This document shows, in pieces, positions 1 through 11,226 of a DNA stretch of 64,000 nt (the stretch's first letter is position 1; the number at the start of each line of letters is the position of its first letter). A model generated the notes under the pieces. The model was not told the DNA's origin. It ran no database searches and was given only the letters and a program-made list of their open reading frames with translations. The DNA comes from Thalia democratica. Taxonomy: Eukaryota. The translations under genes and the position numbers were made by a program. The DNA is taken from the NCBI GenBank assembly GCA_965202585.1, contig OZ241832.1, positions 37,758,001 to 37,822,000 on the forward strand. The letters are read 5' to 3'.

Positions 1-114
1 ATTGAATGACAAAAAAAGTGCTCAAAAATTTTGTCAACGACATGGGGTACGAAAAAACATTTCGGTTATTGAGTCGCACACCACAAATACCTTTTAACGT
101 CTTGTCCAGGACTG
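1..114 (-). repeat. End of a dispersed DNA-transposon-like repeat (family A), cut by the window edge
   Basis: The reverse complement (CAGTCCTGGACAAGACGTTAAAAGGTATTTGTGGTGTGCGACTCAATAACCGAAA...TTTTTGAGCAC) aligns by eye with 20446-20548 (+), 35259-35329 (+, partial) and 48661-48747 (-). The CAGT terminus is Tc1-like; superfamily not established. Confidence 0.65.
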
Positions 115-121
115 AATATAG

Positions 122-1255
122 AATTATCATTGTTTAAAGAATATTATTAGTAAAATTTATCTTCCATACTTGAGTTGTTTTGATATTTTGATGAAAGTTC
201 GCTTGCCCTTGTTAGCTGAAAATGCTTCAAAACGTTTACTCAGTTACAACAAAGTATTACGTAAATCTTCTTCTTTTCATAAAAATGAAAAATGTCTTAA
301 TGTAATTAACAGCATTTTAGAAAATCCAAAAATGTTTTTTTCGAAACAAAGCAACTGCATACCAGACCCATAGACATTGCAATCATAAAACGTTTAATCT
401 TTTAATTTTCGACAAAGTACATAAAGGTGTAAATCAAATTAACAGAACAAACTTCAACAAAATAAAAACAGTTAAAAAACTAGAAGACAATGTACAACCT
501 TACGGTACAGTTTTAGTAAACGGAGCGCTTTGTCGTTTCGCGCGCTCATCCAAGTTTAAAATATGCGTTAAGAAGTGTTCCGCTTGCGCAAAAGAATGGA
601 AAGTTGTTGCCGGCAGCCACATTGATTATCGGTTTTTCCGTATGTGCGTCTTCATGGATAACATATACGTAGTTGGCGGGTATGACCTGAACGCAAGACG
701 AAATCTTTCTGCATGTTTTGTTTTGAACACTAGCAACCACGAGTGGAGCAAAATTCAAAGCATGCAGGTAGAAAGGGCAGGATCAGCGTGCATAGTTTAT
801 CAAGGTAATGTCGTTGTTTCCGGAGGTGGTAATTTATTGAATCTTTGGAGCTCCGTAGAAAGCTACGACCACATTTCCGACACATGCCAAGCATGGTGGT
901 GCCCAGGTATCATCACAGCGCAGTTGCTACGAAGAACAAACTGATTGCGGTAGGTGGAGTAGGCAACAATGGATATTTGCGCAACTGTGAAGTTTACGAC
1001 ACAAACTCAAACGTATTTTCGCTTTTAAAGGAACCACCAAGCCGTTTCAAGTTTAAAATTGTCAACGCATACGATAGTAGAACAGTTTCAGTAGGCAGTA
1101 ATGTATTGGTTTTTGGAAACAATTCGGATGCAGTAGCTATCTATGATGGTGATAAAGATGAGTGGTCCAAAAAATCATTGAGAGCTACAAAACGTTTGAG
1201 AGTTTTTACTTGTCTGAAATTGCCTCAAACAGTGGACTTCAACTGTAGTACATAA
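122..1255 (+). pseudogene. Intronless BACK-Kelch (kelch-like) gene with two frameshifts
   Basis: BACK-like end (KIYLPYLS...MKVRLPLL) in frame 2. Frame 3 is open 321-944 with kelch motifs (NIYVVGG, NVVVSGG, VESYD). The sequence returns to frame 2 for MPSMVVPRYHHSAVATKNKLIAVGG...CEVYD to the stop at 1255. The shifts lie near the T7 run at 335-341 and at ACATG 882-886. Confidence 0.8.
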
Positions 1256-1433
1256 AAACACATTTGCCAGTTTATCAAAAATGTACTGTTTTAAGGACAA
1301 AAGTTTTAGTTGTTGTGTATAAAAGCTATTTTATTTTATCAAAAACTCTTAAACTCTTTGACACCTTAATAATAGTGGCAACACATAAAAAATGATAGGG
1401 GAAGAAGCAAAATAAACTTGGTTTTATACAGTA

Positions 1434-2168
1434 CAGTAGACTACCGCTTAAGTACGCACTTTTTTTGGTACGCATCACGCCTTAAGTACGCACTTATCAA
1501 GAAAGGTAGAATGTCCAACCTGCTGAGTTAGCCTAAGACTTTCACAAATTTTAAACTAGGGTGAGTAATCCTAAGTAGTCTAAGTGGCCTGAAATTGTGA
1601 CAGTCCTGTTATTAAAAGTTAATAAACTAAATACTTATGTAGTGGTTGCAGAATAGTGAAAAGAATAATGATATTTGAGCTGTAATGCTATTAAATAAAT
1701 AAATCTAGATGACAAAGCTAAAAAAACCTACAAATACAACATAGTTAAGTCCTAACTTGATTTAAATGTACACACATTGATGTTTTCAAAATGTTTAGTA
1801 AACACAATGGAGTTCGGTACTTTACTTCTAACAAAACAAAATATGGCTTATTATTCTTTTTTATACCATTGACTGACATTGACTTTCTATATTAATAGTA
1901 TGTATTAATTATGTAGAAACTTTTTATAGACAAAATAAATCATTTTAAAATCTAATAAAAAGTTTTGCAGATTAGAATTATGTATTAAATGTTATTTAAA
2001 ATCAAAAGACTTGTTTATTCGGCTTAATTATTTGGTGGCTAGTTGTAAGAAAGAAAACAAATAACTAAAGTTCATATTATACTATGTCTTTAAAAAGTAC
2101 GCACTACCCGTGCTAAGTACGCACTTTTTGGTCGGGTTCAATTTGCGTACTTAAGCGGTAGTGTACTG
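1434..2168. mobile_element. 735-bp non-autonomous Tc1/mariner (pogo/Tigger-like) MITE
   Basis: TIRs CAGTAGACTACCGCTTAAGTACGCA and TGCGTACTTAAGCGGTAGTGTACTG (24/25), TA on both sides (1432-33, 2169-70), extra subterminal AAGTACGCACT copies, no ORF. Confidence 0.9.
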
Positions 2169-3558
2169 TAATTAATCATACTTTAACATTTATTCATTTT
2201 TGAAGTATTAAAACAACTGCATATTTTCATTTTGAATTCAATAAAACTAGAGGTAGTTTAAATTGATGTGTTCCCGCTAGACCGTTTATCACGCGTCATT
2301 TCAGATATTATAATTTTTACAGATTCGTATTTTTTTTTGAGCCAGCTACGTCCCTGGCTGGTAGTAACAAAGTTCTTTAATAGAATATTCAAATCAAACT
2401 TAAATGTGAAACTTTAAAATTTTTAACAAACGTGCGTTTAATTTTCTCAAGAATTAAAATTTTAATAATTTAGTTTAACTGACGATTAACATAATAAAAA
2501 CGGTTTACTAAAATATACTTAACATTGTTTTTAAAATTACTAAAGCAAAGAATGTTTTACTAAATTAATTTTTTTTTTATCTAAATGAAGTACTTTTTTT
2601 TTAGTTTATTAAATTTAATTTTTTTATTCTACTGCAACCTACTAGTTTACAGAAAACTCATACACTCTTTCTCAAAACAGTTAAAAAAAAGTTTAGTGTT
2701 TCATTAGTAATAAAAATTTTGTAATATTTTTATATATGAAAAAAAAAACTTTTATATGAATAATCCGTAAAAAATATATACTAAAATTATCATAAACGAC
2801 TATCCATCAATATATTTTTTAATTAAAAACTTTACTTTCAATGCATAAAAATTTTGTTATAACTAAAAACATTAAACTTTTTTTAATAGATGTACTTTCC
2901 TTTGAAAACTTATTTAAACCACGCAAAAAGTTAATTCAACTTTTTTAAGTCTTTTTATAGTAATAAGCAACACTTCCTTATCTAGTCTAAATACTAAGGC
3001 AGTATTTTTTATATAAAAAAATAATCGTGTTTAGTGTCACTAAAATACCAATAAATATACGATCTCAATCTCAGATTGTGTACTTTTAAAAAATATGCAT
3101 TAGTATTAAAAACAAATTTGTATTACAAATGAAATTTTACGTAAAAAAAATACTTTAAATATTTTTTAAATTGTTTATTGTGCATGTTTCTTAGAAACCT
3201 TATCAGTATTCTTCTTATTGTATGTTCGTCCAATAAAATTCTCAAAATAAAATGCTTCGCTTAAAATAGTTTTAAAATTCAAAACTTGTAGCTTCAAATT
3301 TTAATGATATTAGCTAAATTAATATAGGCGTCTTTTGTTAATGATGACTATTAAAGTTGTACGAGTTTTCTAAACTTTAAAAGTTTACTAAAATTTAATT
3401 AAATTAAATATAAACAAAAGTTTAAACTAAAAAAGTTTTATAACAAAGAATTTTTTTAAGTTCTTGAATATAATCTGTTCTTAGAATGATTTTTCATATC
3501 ATTAAGAGTATTTAAGAGATTGTTTACTTTTATTTTTATCAAAACCTGTTTAAAACAA

Positions 3559-4584
3559 TTACAAAGAAACATTTGTAGAATGATGCGTTTCTCGCAAACC
3601 GGAGACTTGCTTGTAGATTTTCTTCTTTGAGCGTTTAGTTTTCATCAGTAGTATTGATTTGTAGTTGTCAAACGAAAGTATCAAAGAGACCAGGTTAGCT
3701 AGAAGACTCATGTCGAAAATGCAGCTGATTATGTACCTCGGCGTTAAATCGGGCAGCACCATCGTTGCTAGCACCAAAGTTGTGACCTCACAGACCGAAC
3801 ACACCAAAGTGCAAAGCGCTGAAAAGCGAATAGCTTTCTTAAGTTTTTCGTTACAGCTGTTTTTCAACCCACAGCATTTTGTTTTGTCGCTCTCAGCGTT
3901 TTTCAGGTAGTACTTAGAAAGCGGGTACACAAACAAAAGAAGCAAAATAACTTGTGTCACTACCAAGTTTGATATAAACACCAAGCCTACCGTCTTTCCA
4001 GCACCATACTTGCTTGGTTTTTTGACACAACCGATTTCTATCATTTGGTAAGAACTGTTGTTGACGCGAAACGCGGTTGCCGGAATTCCGACTACAAAAA
4101 ACTGAAACAGCGTCAGGTAGCTGACAAATTTTACTTTTAAGGTGTTCAGAGTCTCCATGGAGGGCTGCATGTACACAGTCCTCTGTCTCACCCACAAAAA
4201 CAAGTACATGGGTGTAATGGAGGCAACGAACATTATCGTCGTCAAGTTGGATACCCAGTTGCAAGCGAAGTCGCCTGTACGGTCTACCGGCGCGACCTCG
4301 CTTATTATAAGATCTATTTGCGTGATAAGAACTCTGACTGCTGTCACCGCTGGAATGACTACGGCAAGAACCATGAGAGACAGCTTGTTGAAGTCGTTTC
4401 GCTTCTTCTTCAGAACTTTGTTTCGTCTCGCGTACACGTATATGGAGAAACTCGACCATAAGCAAAAAGTGAACATTGCTAACGTTACAGTTTGAGTTAA
4501 AACCCAGCTTAAGTTTTTGTTAGCTCTTGCAGTTGTAGTGCTGTTTGCTAATGAAAGTTCTTTTTTTGTAGATAGAACAGACAT
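3559..4584 (-). CDS. Intronless orphan seven-transmembrane (GPCR-like) protein, 341 aa
   Basis: Seven hydrophobic segments with rhodopsin-like spacing, Cys at the top of TM3 (FACNW) and in ECL2 (IGCVK), Arg at the end of TM3 (WVRQ), N-terminal N-glycosylation sequons and a basic C-tail. Confidence 0.85.
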   Translation of the reverse strand: MSVLSTKKELSLANSTTTARANKNLSWVLTQTVTLAMFTFCLWSSFSIYVYARRNKVLKKKRNDFNKLSLMVLAVVIPAVTAVRVLITQIDLIISEVAPVDRTGDFACNWVSNLTTIMFVASITPMYLFLWVRQRTVYMQPSMETLNTLKVKFVSYLTLFQFFVVGIPATAFRVNNSSYQMIEIGCVKKPSKYGAGKTVGLVFISNLVVTQVILLLLFVYPLSKYYLKNAESDKTKCCGLKNSCNEKLKKAIRFSALCTLVCSVCEVTTLVLATMVLPDLTPRYIISCIFDMSLLANLVSLILSFDNYKSILLMKTKRSKKKIYKQVSGLRETHHSTNVSL

Positions 4585-5871
4585 AATTTGGCTTCTATTT
4601 TTAAAAGTCTAAAAAAAATATTACAAAGTGTTTGATAACTTTTAATTCAAAAAATTAAACTCAGTAACAATAATAATAATTAAATATTAATAACACTTAT
4701 GCAAAACTACAACAATGCAACGAAAAACTAAAAAACAAAAAGGTGATTAAACAATTTCTGATTACAATCAAGTCTAGGTTTTTATATACACGTAGTTAAG
4801 TTTTATAGTTAAGTTGTAACCGTTTTTACTTTTAATGTTTTCCTTAAAATAAACTAAGACAAAATATACTTAAAACAAATGTTTTTAATAAGTTTGTGCT
4901 TATCTTTTAAACTGTGATAATTATACGTAAATAAGTTTCTTTCGTTTATAACTTACTTGCACATAATTTCAAAAGTGTAAAACTAGGGTTTTACAATAAA
5001 TGTAAAATTGAAAAACTTTAAATATAAAAATTATGTAAAGTTGTTTCCTGTGTTTAATGGAATAAGAAAACATACGTATATAACTGAATAGATTATATTC
5101 TCTTTTCTCAATTTATGAATAAAGTAACGTATACAAAAGTTGTAAGTATTTTAATATATACTTGTACCAAGTTTAAATGAAACAAAAAAAGAACTAAAAC
5201 TCGAAAAACTTTGCTAAAGGATATTTTTGTTAATAGTTAAGAGTAGTTAATAATTTTTATGCATCAGCAAACACATAAAAAGGTATTGAGTTTCTCTGTC
5301 TTAGAAAGCATAACATAGACATTCAATTCATAGTTTTTGTTCTTAGTTATCAAATAGTTTCGATTACTACTTTTATTTAGTTTTTGTTCAAAAACGTTTT
5401 AAAAATTTTGAAAGTAATTGTGCATTTTATCTTTTAAATTGTATTTGATATAAAAGCCTTTGTTGTATTTATAAGCTTGTACAAGCGAACTATTTAAATA
5501 AAGCTGTATTTTCTTTAAATGGTTTTTAGTATAGTATTTTAGTTTTACTTTTTATTGTAGTTGATAAGAACGAGTAAATAAGTATAATAGTGATAAGTAT
5601 TTCAATACTACTTAGTTTTATAGAAAAGTTGATTGAATTAATGTTTTAAAGTATAGTCTTGTACATTAACAAACTTTATTACAGATTGTAAATCTGAAAA
5701 ACAGGGATATTAATCAAAATAAAGTTTCAAAAATATTTTCCACTTGTTCGTGACGGAAACACGTAACAACGTGAACTATCGAATAAAAACTTCCTGTTAA
5801 CTGCCTTGTCGGTAGTAAAAATCTACATAGAAAAGCTGTACATCGCGAAAAACAGCTCTTCTTCAAGCTCA

Positions 5872-6315
5872 ATGAAGTTTATATTTGTCGTACTATTTGT
5901 AAATTTAGCTTTTTGTTCAGCTTTAGAATGCTACACCTGTTTACCAAGTTCTAATAACCTAAGTTCCCAGTGTAATTCAACTGCAGTACAAGAATGTGGA
6001 CCTGGAGCTAAATACTGTGTGTACGTGTACTCGAATACCACAGTGACGGCACAAAGTTGCCTTCCGGCAGAAGAATCTCCCGGATGTGAATCTAATTCTA
6101 CCGGTGTGGTAAACGAGAATGGTATTAAACAGAACTACGTTTGTTGTCAAACAGACCTTTGTAATGCTCCACAAAAATCAAGTTCTACCGTAAAAGCAGC
6201 TACGGAGAACAGACAAAGTACTACTGATCGAGTAAGGAGTGCTGCCGTGAAAAACAGTATGAGCTTGCTTTTAAATGTTGCACTAGAGTTTTTGTTATGT
6301 GTTTTAGTTGGTTAG
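5872..6315 (+). CDS. Ly6/uPAR (three-finger) domain protein, probably GPI-anchored, 147 aa
   Basis: ATG at 5872 gives the signal peptide MKFIFVVLFVNLAFCSA, then LECYTC...C...C...C...C...C...VCCQTDLCN (LU pattern ending CCxxxxCN), a Ser/Thr stalk and a hydrophobic C-terminus. Confidence 0.9.
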   Translation: MKFIFVVLFVNLAFCSALECYTCLPSSNNLSSQCNSTAVQECGPGAKYCVYVYSNTTVTAQSCLPAEESPGCESNSTGVVNENGIKQNYVCCQTDLCNAPQKSSSTVKAATENRQSTTDRVRSAAVKNSMSLLLNVALEFLLCVLVG

Positions 6316-8373
6316 ACTAAACTAGATTTGTTTAGAAGGTTTTAAAAATGATTTTAATAATTTTGTTTAAAACGAATGAAACATCTACGGTTTACAAAAC
6401 TTGTGTTTGAAAAGAAAACTATAACGAGTCGTATTAACATTTTAAATATATATTCTACATTTTTAATTACTACTTGATTATCAAAAAAAAAAGCATACAT
6501 AAAAATCTTAAACTTTGCTAAAGGAAACTATCTAGCACTATTATTTTTTACTTTTAGATATTTTTTTAACACAGGTTTAAACTTTGTGTTAAATAAACTA
6601 TACTTACAGACCAATCAGTAACACGCAATAGTATTTAGTTTTTCAGGACTTTGATTTACTAAAAATTAAAGCTAAACAGTTTTAAATCTTTATGATTATC
6701 TAAACATGTATAAAAACTATTTATATGTTTTATACACTCCCAGTATTAACAAAATAGTTTTTTTATCATAACAAGACTTTTTTGTTCACATTAAGAAAAA
6801 ATATTTGTTCTATCTATCTGTAATTTAAGCATAAAACACCGCAAAGGAAAAGGTTTGAAGTATTTTAAAATATCATTGTAATTCTTTTTATTATACTTTA
6901 ACTAAATGTAAACAAAAAATATTTCTATTGGTTATTGTAACTTTTATTACATTGAAGTAAAAAAATCTAGCGTATTGTAAAGTTTTATCTAAGTACTTCT
7001 ATTCTGAGTACAGCTTTATCTAAAAAAAAAAACTATACAAAAGTCTTCGTTTAAAGTTATAAACCTATATTAAGAACTTTTTTGTATTCTTTAACCATTA
7101 GTTCGATTTGATATAATTTAAAAACAGTTTGAAATATTAACATGCATATATATATATTTTTTTTTTGAAAAACGTCATTTTTAAATTACATAAGTATCAT
7201 TATTGTAAAATGCAAGTCACTCATTTAGCGTAATTTATTTACATACAAAACTTATGTTCTATATTAATCTTGTTTTCTTGTAACTAATGTGTTAAAAACA
7301 ACGTTTGAATATTTTATGGTAGGTTTACCCAAGCTCATCGACAAAATAGACTCAGCAAACATAAAACTATCTCTTTGACAAGATATGTTTGTACCTTAAT
7401 GTTTGAAATGTTACACTACGTAACGTACATTTATTCCGTAATGATTTTTTTGAATATTTTATCGACATAAATTTTTCAAACACATAGTACGATGTAAAAC
7501 TGTTTTAGAAGTTAAAAAGCTTTTCTAGCCTCTGAAAGGGCTAAAAAAGTTTAAAATAACTTAGAATAAAAAGTAATATTTTTTGCCTTATTGTTCAATG
7601 CTTTTATGTGAATATTTATGAGCTTTTAAAAACATTAGTTTTTATGTTAGAAATTAAAGCAAGAATGTGATACAATCTTGGTAGCAAGTAAAAGAGTCTT
7701 CAAATATAGAAAACACCTACTAACAACATATAAAAAAAAATCAAAACTCTTAGCACAGTTTTATGTTTAATTTATGATGATTAGATTAAGTAAGTACAAA
7801 TATTGAAAAAAAAAGTTATTTTAAAAATAATTTCAACAATTAAAATGTTTTTTGTAGAGAGTTTTTATAAACAGAAACTTACAAATTTAAATTATTGATT
7901 GAAACATTTCGTGGAAAAAAAAATAATTTTATTTAAATGCTTTTACTTTACCTAATGAACTTAAAACCGATTGACGAGCTGCTTCTACTTTATAAGTAAA
8001 AGCAAAAGAAACACTACACACTCAGTGTAGTGTGTAGTACACAGTAACTTAAAATTGCCCCCTCTTTGCTCATTTACTATTTATTATCCACTGATATGTT
8101 ATAACCGACCACTTTAAAAAATACCTGTTTTAAATAAAACTATTAAAATATTAGTATGTCTTAGCTTATTGGTCCCTAAAAAATTGATCATACTGTTTTC
8201 AGTGCCTTTCTTCTATTAGTTTCTAAATTCTAAAATTATATAATGCTTTAAAAAAAAACTAACTACCCGACTATATAAAAGTAAGTAAAAACAATCTAAT
8301 TAACTTATGTTTTTAAATATGTTTGTGCTAGCAAATTTCTTAGTTTAAATAAAATATTATTTATTTTACAACA

Positions 8374-9116
8374 TTAATAAAGTTTTATACAAACGACTCC
8401 AAATAAAAACAAATGTTTATTCACACAATATCTATAACACCGTTTCCTGTAGCTTAGAAAAAAAAACTGCAATGTAAAATTAAATTAATATGTAATTAGT
8501 TTATTATTTAAAGCTTTACTAAAAAACAATCATCAAGCACTTATGTTTATGTAATCAACTAAAAAAAGCACGTTTTTTTATATTTTTTTCCTTTCTAGCA
8601 AAACCTTTTGTTCTATGTTTTCGTAAACAGCTCGCATAAAATTAGACCTGAATATTTGATTTATCATCATGTTGTTGCAAAGAAACTTTGCTTTGAACAT
8701 TGTTTTGGTCCCCGGTATTTGGTAGGTGTCATTGTCACTAAGGTGTTTGTCACATAACCTGACCAGCAGAACAGAACTCTAAATGAAAAGAATTTAATTA
8801 TAATTTAATTAAAGTGATCGAAAATACTTTTGCTGCATTTAAGTATTTAAAAAAAGGGTATTGTTTACAATCAGTTGAAAATAAAACTTTTTTTGTTAAA
8901 AGTTAAAATTCTTATTTTGCTGAGATCACCATTTTTAATTTTTAAGTTTGTTTAAATTAAAATTGTTGTTGAGTTTTAAATGTAACTCAAATAAATACTA
9001 ACTAGGTTAAACTTTGACTCTACAATCATACGAAACTCTGCCGTATCTTTAAAGTTTTTCGTTGGTGCAGCACATGCTAAAGTCACAAGAACCAAAATGA
9101 ATAAAACGTACTTCAT
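8374..9116 (-). CDS. Predicted three-exon small secreted Cys-containing protein, 107 aa
   Basis: Exons 9116-9003, 8778-8648 and 8452-8374. Junctions CTA|gttagt..catttag|AGT and AG|gtctaa..ttctaag|C, phases 0 and 2 consistent. Protein: MKYVLFILVLVTLACAAPTKNFKDTAEFRMIVESKFNLSSVLLVRLCDKHLSDNDTYQIPGTKTMFKAKFLCNNMMINQIFSYRKRCYRYCVNKHLFLFGVVCIKLY. AATAAA follows shortly after the stop. Confidence 0.6.
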
Positions 9117-11168
9117 ATTTAAAATCTAAAAAGAGTTTTTATTTATTAATATTAACTATAAAAAAATAAGCTAATCAAAATGTATCGTAGTTTTGTAATT
9201 GCTAATTTCAGAGTAAAATTTTTAAGATTATTTTCGTATAAGTATACAAACAAAAGCAATACAATGAAATAAACTAATGTTTTTAGTTTACATAAATAAA
9301 TTCAAAGTTTTCAAGTAAATAATTAAACTTTCACTGACATCTTATATAATTCAATTAACACAGAACACATGAGCAGTGATTCTGTAATTAAAAAAAGTAA
9401 AGGTTTGAATGCTATGTTATGTTACCCTTAGATCAAAATACATCTTGTTCTGGCGTATTAAGTACAAAAAGCATAAGTTTTAAATCAACTAAGTTTTTAG
9501 AAGTTTTATTTATAAGACCCCTCTTTAATATAATCTTTGTTTAACTAAGAAAATGTAGTTGATTAATAACTAGGCAGTGCACTATGAAAGTCTAAAATCT
9601 TTTTAGTGACTTGGAAAACATACAAAGATAAATATTAAAAACCAGGGACAATAGATACATGAAGAATAAAAAAAGTTAACATCATTGTCCTTCACTTCTA
9701 GATAATAAAGGTCACACGTACAAAACTGATTTTTAACCACTAATTTTTTTTTATTTTATTGTCTTCTAAACTTAATTTAATTAATTTAAAAATTTTTGTT
9801 GTTTAAACCTAAACCGTTAAACTATTGTTTTTTAGAATTATATTATTTTATCTGATAAAATATAGTTTTGAAAACTTTGGAACATATAATTTTAATTAGT
9901 TCATATTTAAGTATGTTTTCGATTAAAAAATCATTTTTAAATTTTATTGTAGCTTATACGTTTATCAGTAGAGTGTAACTCGATGAATGATAGATCTTTC
10001 TGCACTTAAGGTCATTTGACCATACTTTAAAAACGTCGATTTTTTATCGTGTTCAACAAGCGATAATAAATAAAATTTAAATGGTAATATTTTGTGCTTT
10101 CTGATGCTTCATTAGTTAGTTTGGTTTGATGTTACTTACTAACTGAGCTTAATTAAAAAATGTTGATTGAAGTACTAAAACAAACAAAGAAATAATTTCA
10201 AACGCTTATAAATGATCTGAACTTATATTTAAATGTTGTTTTACAAACCATAACTACCTAATAAATCTAAGTTAAACAAACTAAATTCATTGAGATTAAT
10301 TATTTTAAATCTTTTTTTTTAAACTGTTTTTTGTAGTTCTTAAGAAATTTTTATTTAAAGTGTAATTGAAAATACAACTATACCATAATAATAGTAGTTT
10401 TTTTAAGTAACAAACAAACAACTCATGAAACTTTTTCTGTTATAAAAACTAAAAGTACTAAAATAATGAACATCAGAAAAAAACCAAGTTGTAACTTTGT
10501 AGTGTAAATTAATGAATGAAAACTAATATTTGTGTTTCTTACTGCATTTTCTTACGTTTTGAACTTTTATTATAAAGAAAAATAATACGAAAAAATAAAA
10601 CTTAAGTATTAAAAAATATATGTAAAAAAAAAAAGAAACTAAGATAGAGTTTACCATTATATAAGTAAACTAATTGTATTAAATTTTTAATCACTGATTA
10701 TAAGTACTTGGACTAAAGTATTAAAATACATAAACTATAGGATTAGTTTTCATTTTCCATTTAAAATAAAGTTTTAAAATGATTAAAAGTACTTAAATAA
10801 TATAAAAGCAGCTTACTAACAAAAAAGAGGTTTTTAAGTGAAAATAACTAGTAGTAAAATTGTTATGTAGTTGAAGTTAATAACTGTAAATGATTAATAT
10901 ACCTTCACAACTTTTTGAATTAAAAAAGATAGTCATATAGAAAAAGCATGAAGCAAGTTATTCAAAAGTTTTTACATCTGAGTATTTTCTTTAAACTTAA
11001 ATGCTCGTTTAGTAAGTACTCTAAAATTTAAGTTAAAAAAAGTGACCATTAAGAAGAGAGAAAGTTATGCACATTTTGTTTGGCTTTAAAAAGTTAAAAT
11101 AATTTGTTTAAAACTTCTCATAAAGTATTTTCTTAAACTAAATCGCACGACTATCAACAACAATCCGT

Positions 11169-11226
11169 ATGACATTCTGCGACCAATTTTCGTCCTTATT
11201 AGGACTCATCAGTCAGACATAGTCAC
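11169..11226 (-). ncRNA. Type I hammerhead ribozyme motif, probably degenerate
   Basis: Minus strand reads GUGAC-UAUG-UCUG-A-CUGAUGA-GUCCU-AAUA-AGGAC-GAAA-AUUGG-UC-G-CAGA-AU-GUCAU. It has the exact core CUGAUGA/GAAA/UC, a perfect 5-bp stem II and a bulged stem I, with mismatches at 1.1/2.1 and 15.2/16.2. Confidence 0.65.

Noticed and set aside
7320-7490. Plus-strand segment faintly resembling exon 2 of the secreted Cys gene
   Set aside because: Similarity is limited to a few residues, and no signal-peptide exon or matching splice phases were found.
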